Source of the DNA: an uncultured Thermus sp.
GTDB lineage: Bacteria > Deinococcota > Deinococci > Deinococcales > Thermaceae
Length of the DNA stretch: 64,000 nucleotides
Direction of reading: 5' to 3'
NCBI GenBank assembly: GCA_947085095.1
Contig: CAMTVD010000016.1
Coordinates: 1-64,000 of the forward strand
The notes beneath the pieces were generated by a model. It made no database searches. It was not told the origin of the DNA and saw nothing but the letters and a program-made list of their open reading frames with translations. Shown in pieces: positions 13,888 through 27,109 of the stretch; the first letter of the stretch is position 1; each line of letters starts with the position of its first letter. Position numbers and translations under genes: made by a program.

Positions 13888-14223
13888 ATGTGGAGGTTTT
13901 TTTGCTTAGGCCTGTTGATCCTGGGGGCCTGTTACCCATCACCGGGTCCCGGCGGAGGGGATGCCGAGCCCTGCCCTGAGGTCATCCAGATCCAGGGGTT
14001 TGCCTTTCGCCCGGACCGCTGCTTTGTTTCGGCGGGAACCAGCCTGCGCTTCCAGAACCTGGACGCGGCGCCCCACACGGCCACGGCCGAGGGGGGCGGC
14101 TTTGACACGGGAACCCTTAACCCGGGAGACACCTCGGGCCCGCTCGTCCTCAACCAGCCGGGCACCCACAGCTACTACTGCCGCCTTCACCCCGGCATGC
14201 GTGGGATCATTGAGGTGCGCTAG
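13888..14223 (+). CDS. cupredoxin (plastocyanin/amicyanin-like) lipoprotein
   Basis: Lipobox LGAC; type-1 copper ligands PHT...YYCRLHPGM. Confidence 0.88.
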   Translation: MWRFFCLGLLILGACYPSPGPGGGDAEPCPEVIQIQGFAFRPDRCFVSAGTSLRFQNLDAAPHTATAEGGGFDTGTLNPGDTSGPLVLNQPGTHSYYCRLHPGMRGIIEVR

Positions 14224-14858
14224 GGTAGGGTGAGGCGGGCCAGGATGTGTCCGGGGGCTGGGCCTATGGGCTCGCCCTCGAGGCTCAGGACCAGGGTCCG
14301 AAAGCCCTGGTAGCTGGCTTCTAGGATCCGGCCCCGGGTCTGCCCCAAAAGGTGGTGGGTGCCTTCTGCTTCTCCCCAAAGGCGGTAGGCCAACCCGGGG
14401 GGTGGGGGTTCGCGTAAGAGGAGAAGGCAGTGGCCATCCTCCCGCCAGAGAAGGAGGCCCAGGCTCTCCCCGTTTCCTTTGAGGTGGCGCCAACGTGCCT
14501 CTGGATCGGTGGCCCAGTGGGCTACCTTTTCCAGAGGGGCCTCCTGCTGTGATGGGCGCTGGCCCCAGTAGGCCCCGAGGAGGAAGGCCCCGGCTAGGGC
14601 CGCCGCCAGGAAGACGGCGCGGATCTGGTTCCGCCACAGGCGCGAGCGCCTAAGGCGGGCCCTGACCCGCTCCCAAGCATTCTCTGGGGGGGATACAGGG
14701 GGAAGCGCCTCGGCTAGAGCGAAAAAGGCCTGCTCTAAGCCCCGAAGCTCCCTCTGACACCGGGCGCAACTCCTAAGATGGGCCTCCATCCGAGCCCTAG
14801 CCTTAGGGTCCAGGTCGCCTGCGAGGTATTCGGGTAGCAGGGCGTCCACGTGCTCCAT
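14220..14858 (-). CDS. zinc-finger anti-sigma factor (ZAS, RskA-like)
   Basis: HLRSCARC (HxxxCxxC), a single TM helix, YRLW motif; directly downstream of the ECF sigma gene. Confidence 0.88.
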   Translation of the reverse strand: MEHVDALLPEYLAGDLDPKARARMEAHLRSCARCQRELRGLEQAFFALAEALPPVSPPENAWERVRARLRRSRLWRNQIRAVFLAAALAGAFLLGAYWGQRPSQQEAPLEKVAHWATDPEARWRHLKGNGESLGLLLWREDGHCLLLLREPPPPGLAYRLWGEAEGTHHLLGQTRGRILEASYQGFRTLVLSLEGEPIGPAPGHILARLTLP

Positions 14859-15419
14859 TTAGGCCTCTCCCAAAAGTTGGCGGAGCTTGAGAAGGGCGCG
14901 CCGGATCTTGGCCTTTACCGTGCCCAGGGGAAGCCCTGTCTTTTCCGCCAGCTCCCTGTGGCTTAACCCCCCGTAGAAGGCTCCCTCCAAAAGCGCCCGC
15001 TCCTCGGGGGGAAGGCTTTCCAGGGCGCGGGCGGCCAGGACCCGCTCCTCCCGCCCCCCTTCCCAGAAGCCCAGGGCCTCCTCCCGCTCCCCATCGGGGT
15101 GCTGGGGGTCCAGGGCCAGGTCCTTAGGGGGTTCCCGCCTGCGCCGGCGTAGGCGGGAAAGGGCCAGGTTGCGAGCGATGGCGTAAACGAAGGCCCTGGC
15201 CTCCCCCCGACCGGGATCGTAGCGGAACGCCTCGCGGTAGAGGCGCAAGAAGGTGTCCTGAAGGACTTCCTCCGCTTCCTCCCGGCTATCCAGCATCCGC
15301 AAGAGCAGGGCGAAAACCCTGGGGGCTAGGGCGCGGTAGAGTTCCTCCAGCGCCGCCTCCTCTCCCAAGGCTAGCCGCCGCAGAAGGTGGTGCAGAATGG
15401 CCGGCTCCTGTTCCCCCAT
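14859..15419 (-). CDS. ECF RNA polymerase sigma factor (SigE/SigK-like)
   Basis: AEEVLQDTFLRLY, IARNLAL, GLPLGTVKAKIRRAL. Confidence 0.93.
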   Translation of the reverse strand: MGEQEPAILHHLLRRLALGEEAALEELYRALAPRVFALLLRMLDSREEAEEVLQDTFLRLYREAFRYDPGRGEARAFVYAIARNLALSRLRRRRREPPKDLALDPQHPDGEREEALGFWEGGREERVLAARALESLPPEERALLEGAFYGGLSHRELAEKTGLPLGTVKAKIRRALLKLRQLLGEA

Positions 15420-15560
15420 GGGTGGCCCTCCCCAGGCGGACCGGGGTCCAAAGGGCTCGGGGGTGGCCAGGCCCCCTGGAGCCCAGGGGTGCCCTCAGCA
15501 TACAGGTTCCCGGCTCCCCCACGCCCCGGGCGCCTAGGCCCTTAGCCTGGCCGCGAGGGC

Positions 15561-16415
15561 TCACGTCCGGAGGGCGAGGTCCAAGGCTACGAAGAGAAAC
15601 ATCCCCAGGCTCACCCCCACGTTGGCCTGGAAGAAGGCCAGGTCCACCTTGGAGAGGTCCTCGGGGGAGACCAGGCGGTGCTCGTAGAGGAGGAGGCCCC
15701 CCACCAGGATTAGGCCCAGGAAGTAGAGGGGACCGGCCCCGTAGCTCACCCCCGCCAGGAGGAGGGCCAGCCAGGCCAGGGCGTGGCTTCCCCGGGCGAT
15801 GAGGAGGGCTAAGGGGATGCCGAAGCGGGCGGGGATGCTCCTCACCCCATGGGCCCGGTCAAAGGCGTAGTCCTGGGTGGCGTAGAGGATGTCAAACCCG
15901 GCGATCCAGAGGGCCACCCCCGCCCAGAGCCAGTAAGCGGTGGGGGCGAAGCTCCCGGTGACGGCGATCCACCCCCCCGCCGCCGCCGCCCCGATGGTGA
16001 GGCCCAGGACGTAGTGGCAAAGCCAGGTGAAGCGCTTGGTGTAGCTGTAGATGGTGAGGAAGAACACGGCCACGGGGAGGAGCCTGGCCGTGAGGGGGTT
16101 CAGGGAGAGCCCGGCGTAGACCAGGAGGGCGAGGCCCAAAAGGGCGAGGAAGAGGGTCTCCCAGGGCTTCACCAGGCCCCGGGGCAGGTGCCGGTCCTTG
16201 GTCCTGGGGTTTAAGGCATCCAGGGGCCAGTCTATGAGGCGGTTTAAGGCCATGGCCATGGTCCTGGCTCCCACCATGGCCAGGGTCACCAGGAGGAAGG
16301 TGGGCCACCCCGGCCACCCCTCCGCCGCCAGGAGCATCCCTCCGTAGGCGAAGGGGAGGGCGAAGAGGGTGTGCTCAAAGCGGAGCAGATCCAGGTAAAT
16401 CTTGAGCCGGCTCAC
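15561..16415 (-). CDS. UbiA-family prenyltransferase (MqnP-like)
   Basis: [16 protein letters not shown]...[21 protein letters not shown]. Confidence 0.88.
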   Translation of the reverse strand: MSRLKIYLDLLRFEHTLFALPFAYGGMLLAAEGWPGWPTFLLVTLAMVGARTMAMALNRLIDWPLDALNPRTKDRHLPRGLVKPWETLFLALLGLALLVYAGLSLNPLTARLLPVAVFFLTIYSYTKRFTWLCHYVLGLTIGAAAAGGWIAVTGSFAPTAYWLWAGVALWIAGFDILYATQDYAFDRAHGVRSIPARFGIPLALLIARGSHALAWLALLLAGVSYGAGPLYFLGLILVGGLLLYEHRLVSPEDLSKVDLAFFQANVGVSLGMFLFVALDLALRT

Positions 16416-16774
16416 CCTTTGCGCACCTCGAGGATCCGGTTCCTCTCGTCCACCAGGACCACGGTGGGCTTGAGGCTCCTGGCCTCCTCTTCGTCAAAAA
16501 CCCCGTAGGCCACCAGGATGACCAGGTCCCCCGGGCGCACCAGGTGGGCGGCGGCCCCGTTGATCTTGACCTCCCCCGAGCCCCGTTCGCCGGCTAGAGC
16601 GTAGGTGGTGAGCCGGGCCCCGTTGGTGATGTCGTAGATGTCCACCTGCTCGTAGGGAAGGATGCCGGCGGCCTCCAGGAGCTCCTGGTCCACGGTCACC
16701 GAGCCCACGTAGTGGAGGTCGGCCTCGGTCACCGTGGCCCGGTGGATCTTGGCGTGGAACATCACGCGCCTCAC
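16412..16774 (-). CDS. panD: aspartate 1-decarboxylase
   Basis: [33 protein letters not shown]. Confidence 0.97.
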   Translation of the reverse strand: MRRVMFHAKIHRATVTEADLHYVGSVTVDQELLEAAGILPYEQVDIYDITNGARLTTYALAGERGSGEVKINGAAAHLVRPGDLVILVAYGVFDEEEARSLKPTVVLVDERNRILEVRKG

Positions 16775-16785
16775 GAAAGGGGAGT

Positions 16786-18336
16786 TTACTCCTCCCCTTC
16801 GGCCTTGGGAAGCCTGCCCTCCACGAAGAGGGTCTTGGCCCCGGTGTAGAGGACCTGGCCCGGCGCCGCCTTCCTGGGCCGCCAGACGTGCTTCTTCCGG
16901 GTGTAGTCCACGGGCACCTGGGCCTCACCCCGGGCCTTGGAGTGGTAGGCGGCGAGCTTAGCGGCGAAGAGGAGGTCTTCCAGAGGGGGGTTTTTCCCCT
17001 CGGCCTTCAGGATCACGTGGCTTCCCGGCACTCCCTGGGCGTGGAACCAGAGGTCCTCGGAGTGGGCCAGGCGGGTGAGGAGGTCGTTCTCCTTGGCGTT
17101 GCGGCCCACCAGGACGGGAAAGCCCGAGGGGGAGGTGTAGCGGAGGCCAAGCCGGGCCCCCTTGTCCTCCCGGGGCCTTCGGGAGAGGGCCAGGAGCTCC
17201 TCCAGGTCCGCCTCCCGGAGACGGGCCATCTCCTCTTCCAGGGCCTTTATCCTGACCTCGGTCCTGGGGATGAGTTCCAGGGCCCTTTCCGCCAGCTCCT
17301 CCAGGCGCCGGGCCCGTTCGTAGAGCTTCTTGGCGTTCTCTTGAGGGCTTAGGGCGGGGTCCAGGGGGATCTCCACGGGCTCCCCGTCAAACCCCTCGAG
17401 GCGCACCCCCTCCGCTCCCCTGGGCACCTCCTTGAGCCTAGCGAGGAGCAGGTCCGCCATGGCCCGAAGCCTTTCTGCCTCCTCCAGGCGCTCCAGGGCC
17501 TTGTGGTAGTCGGCAAGCCTTGCCAGGAGGGTCCTTTTTTCCCTTTCCAGGGCCTCGAGGAGGGGTCTCCTCAGGGCCTCCTTCTCCTCCTCGGCCCACC
17601 TTTTCCTCAGCTCCTCGGAAAGGGCGGTGCGCAAAGAGGGGTCCTCCACCAGGCTCCTCAGGGCCTGGTGGACCCGCTTTAGCCCCTCCTCCTCCAGGGG
17701 GGTTTCCGGGGTGAGGCCCGCCCGCCGGGCCAGCTCCCGCATGAGCTCCAGGCCCACCCCGTCCACGTGCCGGACGATCTCCTTCAAGGGCTTCCCCAGA
17801 AGGGGGCGGAGGTCCTCCTCCTTCAGGGTCCTGGGGTCCAGCTTGGCGTAGGGGGGCGGGGGGGTGTAGGGGAGGCCGGGACGGAGCTCCCGGTAGCGGT
17901 TCACCTCCTTGGTGATGGCCCGGTCCACCCCCAGGATGGTGCCCTTTTCGTCCAGGAGGAGGAGGTTGGCGTTCCGGCCCGTGGCCTCCAGGACCAGGAG
18001 CGAGGGCGGGGTGTCCACGAAGCCCTTCTCCCCGGCGAAGCGGAGAAAGACCACCCGGTCCAGCTTGAGCTGTTGGGCCTCCAGCAAGGGGCCCTTCACC
18101 CGGGAAAAAAGCTGGCGCTGGAAGGGGGTCTTGGGCTCCCCCAGGAGGGTGCTCCCCTCCAGGACCAGGCTGGGGGAGGGGGGGCGGTAGCGGAGGACCA
18201 GGTTGAAGATCCTCCCCGTCCTCCCCTTGAGGAGGATGGCCAAGGTGCCCTCCTCGGGGAAGGCCAGGCCCAGGTTGGAGGCGGGGAGCTCTCTTTCCAG
18301 CTCCCGCAAGACGGCGTGGATCAGTAGGCCTTCCAT
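16786..18336 (-). CDS. rqcH: NFACT/RqcH (fibronectin-binding A-like) ribosome quality-control protein
   Basis: [39 protein letters not shown]. Confidence 0.88.
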   Translation of the reverse strand: MEGLLIHAVLRELERELPASNLGLAFPEEGTLAILLKGRTGRIFNLVLRYRPPSPSLVLEGSTLLGEPKTPFQRQLFSRVKGPLLEAQQLKLDRVVFLRFAGEKGFVDTPPSLLVLEATGRNANLLLLDEKGTILGVDRAITKEVNRYRELRPGLPYTPPPPYAKLDPRTLKEEDLRPLLGKPLKEIVRHVDGVGLELMRELARRAGLTPETPLEEEGLKRVHQALRSLVEDPSLRTALSEELRKRWAEEEKEALRRPLLEALEREKRTLLARLADYHKALERLEEAERLRAMADLLLARLKEVPRGAEGVRLEGFDGEPVEIPLDPALSPQENAKKLYERARRLEELAERALELIPRTEVRIKALEEEMARLREADLEELLALSRRPREDKGARLGLRYTSPSGFPVLVGRNAKENDLLTRLAHSEDLWFHAQGVPGSHVILKAEGKNPPLEDLLFAAKLAAYHSKARGEAQVPVDYTRKKHVWRPRKAAPGQVLYTGAKTLFVEGRLPKAEGEE

Positions 18337-19085
18337 TTTCTAAAAACCACCAGAAAGGCGGTGTGGCCCACCTGCTGGAAGCGGGGATGGGCCACGGGAA
18401 GTCGGACCTCCCACTCCCGCCAGCCCACCTCCAGGACCCTTTCCAGGGCCAGGGGGAGGGCCTCGGCCTTGGCCACGAGCTCTAGGACCTGGGTGATGTT
18501 GGGCAGGTAGGCCACCAGGAAGCGGTCGGGCTTCAAGGCCTCCACCGCCTTTTGCAGGACGGTCCAGGGCTCCATCAGGTCCAGGGCCACGCCGTCGTAG
18601 CCCTCCTTTTCCAGGGCGGCCTCCTCCAGACCCCCCTCGTGGAAGCGGATGTTATCCACCCTCCAGAAGGCCCGCACGTTCTCCACCGCCCGCTTTAGGT
18701 GGTGGGGGCGCTTTTCAAAGGTGTCCACCAGCCCTAGAGGCCCCACCGCCCGGGCCAGGAAGAGGGTGAGCCCCCCAGAGCCCGTCCCCGCTTCCAGGAC
18801 CCGCATCCCCGGGGCCAGGTCCAAAAGGGTGAGCATGGCGCCCGCGTCCTTGGGGTAGGTGGGGGTGGCGCTCCTTTTCATGTGGAGCACGTACTCCTCT
18901 AAGGTGGGCCGGTGGACGGAAAGGGGCTCCCCCAGGTGGGTTTGCACCCGCCCTCCGGGGCCGGCCTCGAGGATGGCCTCGTGGGGCACCGTGCCCCGGT
19001 GGTGGTGGAACACCCCGCCCTTCCGCACCCTGACCAAGAAGGTGCGGCCCTTGCTGTCCTTGAGGAGAAAGAGTGCGCCCTCCAC
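18321..19085 (-). CDS. trmI: tRNA (adenine58-N1)-methyltransferase
   Basis: YPKD, VLEAGTGSGGLT, LDLMEPW, HTAFL. Confidence 0.93.
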   Translation of the reverse strand: MEGALFLLKDSKGRTFLVRVRKGGVFHHHRGTVPHEAILEAGPGGRVQTHLGEPLSVHRPTLEEYVLHMKRSATPTYPKDAGAMLTLLDLAPGMRVLEAGTGSGGLTLFLARAVGPLGLVDTFEKRPHHLKRAVENVRAFWRVDNIRFHEGGLEEAALEKEGYDGVALDLMEPWTVLQKAVEALKPDRFLVAYLPNITQVLELVAKAEALPLALERVLEVGWREWEVRLPVAHPRFQQVGHTAFLVVFRKWKAY

Positions 19086-19095
19086 CCCGCCCACT

Positions 19096-19956
19096 TTAGC
19101 GGGCGAGTTCCAGATAGTCCAGAACCTGCCTCAGGTCAAAGGGGTTGGGCACCCGGTAGGGCCCGGCGAAGAGCGTGGGGGTCCCCCGGAGGCCGAGGCG
19201 CAGGGCCAGGGCGCGCTCCTCCTCCACCCGCTTCCGCACCTCGGGGTCTTTCAGGCACCGGGCGAAGGCCTCCTCCTTCAGGCCCAGGGTCCGGGCCAGG
19301 CCCAGGTAGTCCCCCAGCCTTCCCGTCATGAGGAGGTCGTGGTAGGGCCAGAAGGCCCCCTGCGCGTGGGCGCACTCGCTGGCCTGGGCGGCGGGCAGGG
19401 CCTCGGAGTGAATCTCCGTGAGGGGGAAATGGCGGTAGCTGAGGCGAACCTCCCCTTTGAGGGCCCTGGCCTTGAGGGCGGGTAAGACTTCCCGGGCCAG
19501 GCGCTGGCAGTAGGGGCACTGGAAGTCGGAGAAGACCCTTAAAAAGGGGCCTTTTCCCCCCAGGGTCAGGCGGTCCTTGCCGAAGGCGCTTTCCGGGACG
19601 CTCCTTGGCAGGAGGCGGGCCCGGAAGGGCTCCTGGAAGTTTAGCTCCAGGAGGAAGTCCTCCCCTAGGTTTAGGGTGAGGTGCCGCCCCCGCAAGGCCT
19701 CCCGGTTTTTGGCGTACCAGTCCAGAAAAGGCCCCCTGTATCCCACCCCGGTGCCCTTGTCTATAAGGCGGGCCAGGAAGGTGGCGTTTTCCGGTCCCTG
19801 GTAGACCACCGCCAGGAGGCGGCCGTTCTTGCTTTCCACCTCCACCCTGGCCCCGGGGGGCAAGGGGCCCAGGCCCTTTTCAAAGGCCTCCACCGGGCGG
19901 CCGATCTGGGCCAAGGCCAGGCCTAGAAAAAGGGCCAGGGCGGGAAGCCCCCTCAT
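19096..19956 (-). CDS. DsbA-family thiol-disulfide oxidoreductase
   Basis: Signal peptide; FSDFQCPYC, RHFPL, GTPT. Confidence 0.88.
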   Translation of the reverse strand: MRGLPALALFLGLALAQIGRPVEAFEKGLGPLPPGARVEVESKNGRLLAVVYQGPENATFLARLIDKGTGVGYRGPFLDWYAKNREALRGRHLTLNLGEDFLLELNFQEPFRARLLPRSVPESAFGKDRLTLGGKGPFLRVFSDFQCPYCQRLAREVLPALKARALKGEVRLSYRHFPLTEIHSEALPAAQASECAHAQGAFWPYHDLLMTGRLGDYLGLARTLGLKEEAFARCLKDPEVRKRVEEERALALRLGLRGTPTLFAGPYRVPNPFDLRQVLDYLELAR

Positions 19957-20278
19957 ACCTTGAAGAAGCCCTCCACGGGCAGGACGAAGACCACGGCCCC
20001 GCCCACCTGGACCTCCACGGGGGTTTGCAGGAAAGGGTCGGGGGCCTCGGAGAAGGGGAGGCCCCGGGTCACCAGGCGGGTGCGGGTGCGGCACTTCTCG
20101 CGGATAAGGTCCAGGACCTCTTCCACCCGGTCGTCCTCGAGGCCGATCAAAAGCGTGGTGTTCCCCTCCCTTAGGAAGCCCCCGGTGGAGGCCAGCTTGG
20201 TGGACTGGAGGCCCCGCTCCAAGAGGGCCTTGGTGAGCCCGGGGGCGTCCGTGTCCTGGACGATGGCCACGATGAGCT

Positions 20279-20282
<4 letters not shown>
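19953..20282 (-). CDS. PII-like cyclic-di-AMP receptor (DarA/PstA family)
   Basis: [35 protein letters not shown]. Confidence 0.9.
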
Positions 20283-23371
<3,089 letters not shown>

Positions 23372-23507
23372 CGCGTACCCGAGGGATGAGCTTAGCACAA
23401 CCAGGGCCTTGGGCCAAGGGGCGGGCGCCAAACTTATACGCTTTGACCCCCGTGAAATGCATAGACTTGCGACAATTGCCCTCGCCTTTGCGGGCTATAC
23501 TGGAGCC

Positions 23508-23792
23508 ATGCGCCGGGTAAGCCCTGGGGAGCTTCCCGCCCTCCTCTCCGAGGGGGTCAAGGTGGTGGACGTGCGCCCCCTGGACAAACGGGAGACCCCT
23601 TTGCCCTTCCCCGCCGAGTGGGTTCCCCTGGAGAAGATCCAGAAGGGGGAGCACGGCCTTCCCAAGGTTCCCCTCCTCCTGGTCTGTGAGAAGGGGCTTC
23701 TGAGCCAGGTGGCCGCCCTCTACCTGGAGGCGGAGGGGTACGAGGCCATGAGCCTGGAAGGAGGCCTAAAGGCCTTGACGGGGGGCAGATAG
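23508..23792 (+). CDS. single-domain rhodanese-like protein
   Basis: VVDVR, VCEKG..S, LEGG; TATACT immediately upstream (leaderless). Confidence 0.85.
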   Translation: MRRVSPGELPALLSEGVKVVDVRPLDKRETPLPFPAEWVPLEKIQKGEHGLPKVPLLLVCEKGLLSQVAALYLEAEGYEAMSLEGGLKALTGGR

Positions 23793-23803
23793 CCCCGTAG
23801 AAT
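23775..23803 (+). promoter_or_regulatory. sigma-A promoter of tRNA-His/tRNA-Leu
   Basis: TTGACG-N17-TAGAAT. Confidence 0.85.
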
Positions 23804-23819
23804 GGCGGATGCTGAGCGT

Positions 23820-23897
23820 GGTGAGCGTAGCTCAGCTGGTGAGAGCACCGGACTGTGGATCCGGGGGTCGTGGGTTCAAGTCCCATCGCTCACCCCA
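23820..23897 (+). tRNA. tRNA-His(GTG)
   Basis: Cloverleaf, anticodon loop CT-GTG-GA, encoded G-1, C discriminator, CCA. Confidence 0.96.
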
Positions 23898-23949
23898 GTC
23901 CCACCACCCCGAAAGGGGTGGTATTTTAAAGGGGGGCCTCGCCCTCCTC

Positions 23950-24034
23950 GCGAGGATGGCGGAACCGGTAGACGCGCCGGACTTAGGATCCGGTGGGGCA
24001 ACCCGTGCGGGTTCAAGTCCCGCTCCTCGCACCA
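23950..24034 (+). tRNA. tRNA-Leu(TAG)
   Basis: Cloverleaf with long variable arm, loop CT-TAG-GA, GTTCAAGTC T-loop, ACCA end. Confidence 0.96.
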
Positions 24035-24070
24035 AAAGGGCGAGGTCCCACTTTTTGCGCGAGGTGAGGT

Positions 24071-25285
24071 GTGGCGGAGATCCTGGAGCGTTCCGGCTAT
24101 CTGGTGAGGGTCCGGGTTGAGGTCCCGGCGGAAAAGGTGGAGGCCAGCTACCAGGCCATGCTGAAGGACCTGGCCCGGCGGGTCAAGATTCCCGGCTTCC
24201 GTCCCGGCAAGGCCCCGCTGAAGGTGGTGGAGGCCCGCCTGGGGCGGGAGGAGCTTTTGAGCGACCTCAAGGAGCGCCTGGTGGAGGAGACCTACCCGGA
24301 GGCCGTGCGGGAGCTGGGCCTTCTGCCGGTGGCCGCTCGGGTGGTGGAGGAGGAGCTAAGGGAAGGGGAGGGCTTCCGCTACGTGGCTGAGGTGGAGAAC
24401 TACCCGGAGGCGAGGCTCCCCGACTGGCGGGGCTTCGCCTTGGAGGTCTCTCCGCCGGAGGTCACCGAGGAGATGGTGGAAAAGGCCCTGGAGGAGCTCC
24501 GCCACCGCTACGCCGAGCTTTCCCCCGTGGAGCGGGAGGCCAGGGAGGGGGACCACGTCTTCGTGCGCACCGAGGAGGGGGCGGAGTTCCCCATTGACCT
24601 CTCCAAGGCCCTGCCCCACGTGCGGGAGGCTCTCTTGGGGCGGAGGGCGGGGGAGGTGGTCATGGTCCCTGTCCTGAACGACAAGGGCGAGAAGGTGCGG
24701 GAGGTGCGCACCGAGCTCCTCGAGGTCAAGACCCTGGAGCTTCCTGAGCTAGACGAGGAGTTCGCGAAGACCCTGGAGGCGGAAAGCCTGGAGGACCTGA
24801 GGGCCAAGGTGCGCCAGAGCCTGGAGCAACAGGCCCAACGGGCCTACCAGGAGGCCCGGGAGCGGGTTTTCCTGGAGAAGCTGGCCGAGGGCCTGGAGGC
24901 GGAGATCCCCCCCTCCATGCTGGAAACGGAGGAGCGGCACCTCCTGGAGCACCTGGCCGAGGACCTCTACCACCGGGGGGTTGGCCTGGAGGCTTACCTG
25001 AAGTCCCTGGAGGAGAAGGGCGAGCTTCCCAAGTTCCAGGAGGAGCTCCGCCAGGAGGCCCTGAAGCGGGTGAAGCGCTCCTTGGCCAAGGAGAAGCTGG
25101 CCGAGGAGCTCAATCCCCAGGTGAGCGAGGAGGAGTGGCAGGCCTACCTGCAGGCTGTGGCCCGCTCCTACGGCATGAGCCTAGGGGAGCTGAAGCGGGA
25201 GTTCGGCGAGCGGGGCCTAGCCCGCCTCAGGACCGCTTACCTCCAGGATAAGGCGGTCCGGGAGGCCCTTGCCCAGCTTTCCTAG
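24071..25285 (+). CDS. tig: trigger factor
   Basis: [10 protein letters not shown] ribosome-binding motif; upstream of clpPX. Confidence 0.95.
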   Translation: MAEILERSGYLVRVRVEVPAEKVEASYQAMLKDLARRVKIPGFRPGKAPLKVVEARLGREELLSDLKERLVEETYPEAVRELGLLPVAARVVEEELREGEGFRYVAEVENYPEARLPDWRGFALEVSPPEVTEEMVEKALEELRHRYAELSPVEREAREGDHVFVRTEEGAEFPIDLSKALPHVREALLGRRAGEVVMVPVLNDKGEKVREVRTELLEVKTLELPELDEEFAKTLEAESLEDLRAKVRQSLEQQAQRAYQEARERVFLEKLAEGLEAEIPPSMLETEERHLLEHLAEDLYHRGVGLEAYLKSLEEKGELPKFQEELRQEALKRVKRSLAKEKLAEELNPQVSEEEWQAYLQAVARSYGMSLGELKREFGERGLARLRTAYLQDKAVREALAQLS

Positions 25286-25347
25286 GCCCTTCCATGGTGG
25301 CCCAGGGGGGTTTTCCCCCTGGGCTTGCCGCTAGAATGAGAGGAGGT

Positions 25348-25932
25348 ATGGTGATCCCCTACGTCATAGAGCAGACCGCCCGCGGGGAGCGGGTCTACGA
25401 TATCTACTCCCGGCTCCTCAAGGACCGCATCATCTTCCTGGGCACGCCCATAGACGCCCAGGTGGCCAATACCATCGTGGCCCAGCTCCTCTTCCTGGAC
25501 GCGCAAAACCCCAACCAGGAGATCCGCCTCTACATCAACTCCCCTGGGGGGGAGGTGGATGCGGGGCTGGCCATCTACGACACCATGCAGTTCGTCAGGG
25601 CCCCGGTTTCCACCATCGTCATCGGGATGGCCGCCAGCATGGCGGCGGTGATCCTGGCGGCGGGGGAGAAGGGGCGGCGCTACGCCCTGCCCCACTCCAA
25701 GGTGATGATCCACCAGCCCTGGGGCGGGGCCAGGGGCACGGCCAGCGACATCGCCATCCAGGCCCAGGAGATCCTCAAGGCCAAGAAGCTTTTGAACGAG
25801 ATCCTGGCCCAGCACACGGGCCAGCCCCTGGAGAAGGTGGAAAGGGACACGGACCGGGACTACTACCTCTCGGCCCAGGAGGCCCTGGAGTACGGGCTCA
25901 TTGACCAGGTGGTGACCCGTGAAGAAACCTAG
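25348..25932 (+). CDS. clpP: ATP-dependent Clp protease proteolytic subunit
   Basis: [30 protein letters not shown]. Confidence 0.97.
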   Translation: MVIPYVIEQTARGERVYDIYSRLLKDRIIFLGTPIDAQVANTIVAQLLFLDAQNPNQEIRLYINSPGGEVDAGLAIYDTMQFVRAPVSTIVIGMAASMAAVILAAGEKGRRYALPHSKVMIHQPWGGARGTASDIAIQAQEILKAKKLLNEILAQHTGQPLEKVERDTDRDYYLSAQEALEYGLIDQVVTREET

Positions 25933-27109
25933 ACCCTTTTGCAGCTTCTGCGGCCTGCGTCCCCCGGAGACGGGGCGGCTTCTGGAAAGCCCCATTGACG
26001 AGGTCTACATCTGCGAGGACTGCGTGGAGAGGGCCCAGGAGCTTCTCCGCCAGGGGGAAAAGCCCAGGGGTCCCTCCCGCCTGCCCAGGCCCCAGGAGAT
26101 CAAGGCCCACCTGGACCAGTACGTGGTGGGGCAGGAGGCGGCCAAGAGGGCCCTCTCCGTGGCCGTCTACAACCACTACAAGCGGCTTCTCCACCCCGAG
26201 GCGGAGATCGGCAAGGCCAACATCCTCCTCATCGGCCCCACGGGTACCGGCAAGACCCTTCTGGCGGAGACCCTGGCCCGGTTTTTGGAGGTCCCCTTCG
26301 CCATCGCCGACGCCACCACCCTCACCGAGGCGGGGTACGTGGGGGAGGACGTGGAGAACGTGATCCTGCGCCTGCTCCAGAACGCGGACTTTGACGTGGG
26401 CCGGGCGGAGATGGGCATCGTCTACATAGACGAGATTGACAAGATCGCCCGCAAGTCGGAAAACCCCTCCCTCACCCGGGACGTCTCCGGGGAGGGGGTG
26501 CAGCAGGCCCTCCTCAAGATCATTGAGGGCACCATCGCCAACGTCCCCCCCCAGGGGGGCAGGAAGCACCCCCACCAGGAGTTCATCCCCGTGAACACCA
26601 AGAACATCCTCTTCATCCTGGGCGGGGCCTTTGAGGGCCTGGAGAACATCGTCAAGGCCCGCACCGAGCGCACCGCCATCGGCTTCACCCGCACCAGGGC
26701 CAAGGAGGAGCCCCTGGAGGTCATCCCCGAGGACCTGGTGAAGTTTGGCCTCATCCCCGAGTTTGTGGGCCGCGCCCCCTTGATCGTGCAGCTGAGCCCC
26801 TTGACGGAGGAGGACCTGGTGCGCATCCTCACCGAGCCCAAGAACGCCCTGGTGAAGCAGTACCAGGAGCTTTTGCGCATGGAAGGGATTGAGCTTCGCT
26901 TCACCCAGGCGGCCCTAAGGGAGATCGCCCGCAGGGCCCTGAAGCGGGGCACGGGAGCCCGGGGGCTTAGGGCCATCCTGGAAAAGACCATGGTGGACCT
27001 GATGTTTGAGGCCCCGGGGAGCGGGGTGCGGGAGATCACCATTGACCTTCCCCACCTGGACCACCCCCTGAAGGCCCTGGAGGAGGCCAAGCTCAGGCAG
27101 GCTTCCTAG
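25919..27109 (+). CDS. clpX: ATP-dependent Clp protease ATPase subunit
   Basis: CSFC...CEDC zinc domain, [17 protein letters not shown] loop, GARGLR. Confidence 0.97.
   Translation: MKKPRPFCSFCGLRPPETGRLLESPIDEVYICEDCVERAQELLRQGEKPRGPSRLPRPQEIKAHLDQYVVGQEAAKRALSVAVYNHYKRLLHPEAEIGKANILLIGPTGTGKTLLAETLARFLEVPFAIADATTLTEAGYVGEDVENVILRLLQNADFDVGRAEMGIVYIDEIDKIARKSENPSLTRDVSGEGVQQALLKIIEGTIANVPPQGGRKHPHQEFIPVNTKNILFILGGAFEGLENIVKARTERTAIGFTRTRAKEEPLEVIPEDLVKFGLIPEFVGRAPLIVQLSPLTEEDLVRILTEPKNALVKQYQELLRMEGIELRFTQAALREIARRALKRGTGARGLRAILEKTMVDLMFEAPGSGVREITIDLPHLDHPLKALEEAKLRQAS

Noticed and set aside
23425..23475. Possible ARG boxes upstream of carB (AATGCATAGACTTGCGAC)
   Set aside because: Only a partial match to the palindromic consensus; cannot be supported without a profile search.
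23820..24034. tRNA genes as integration sites
   Set aside because: No integrase and no duplicated tRNA 3' end seen in the window.
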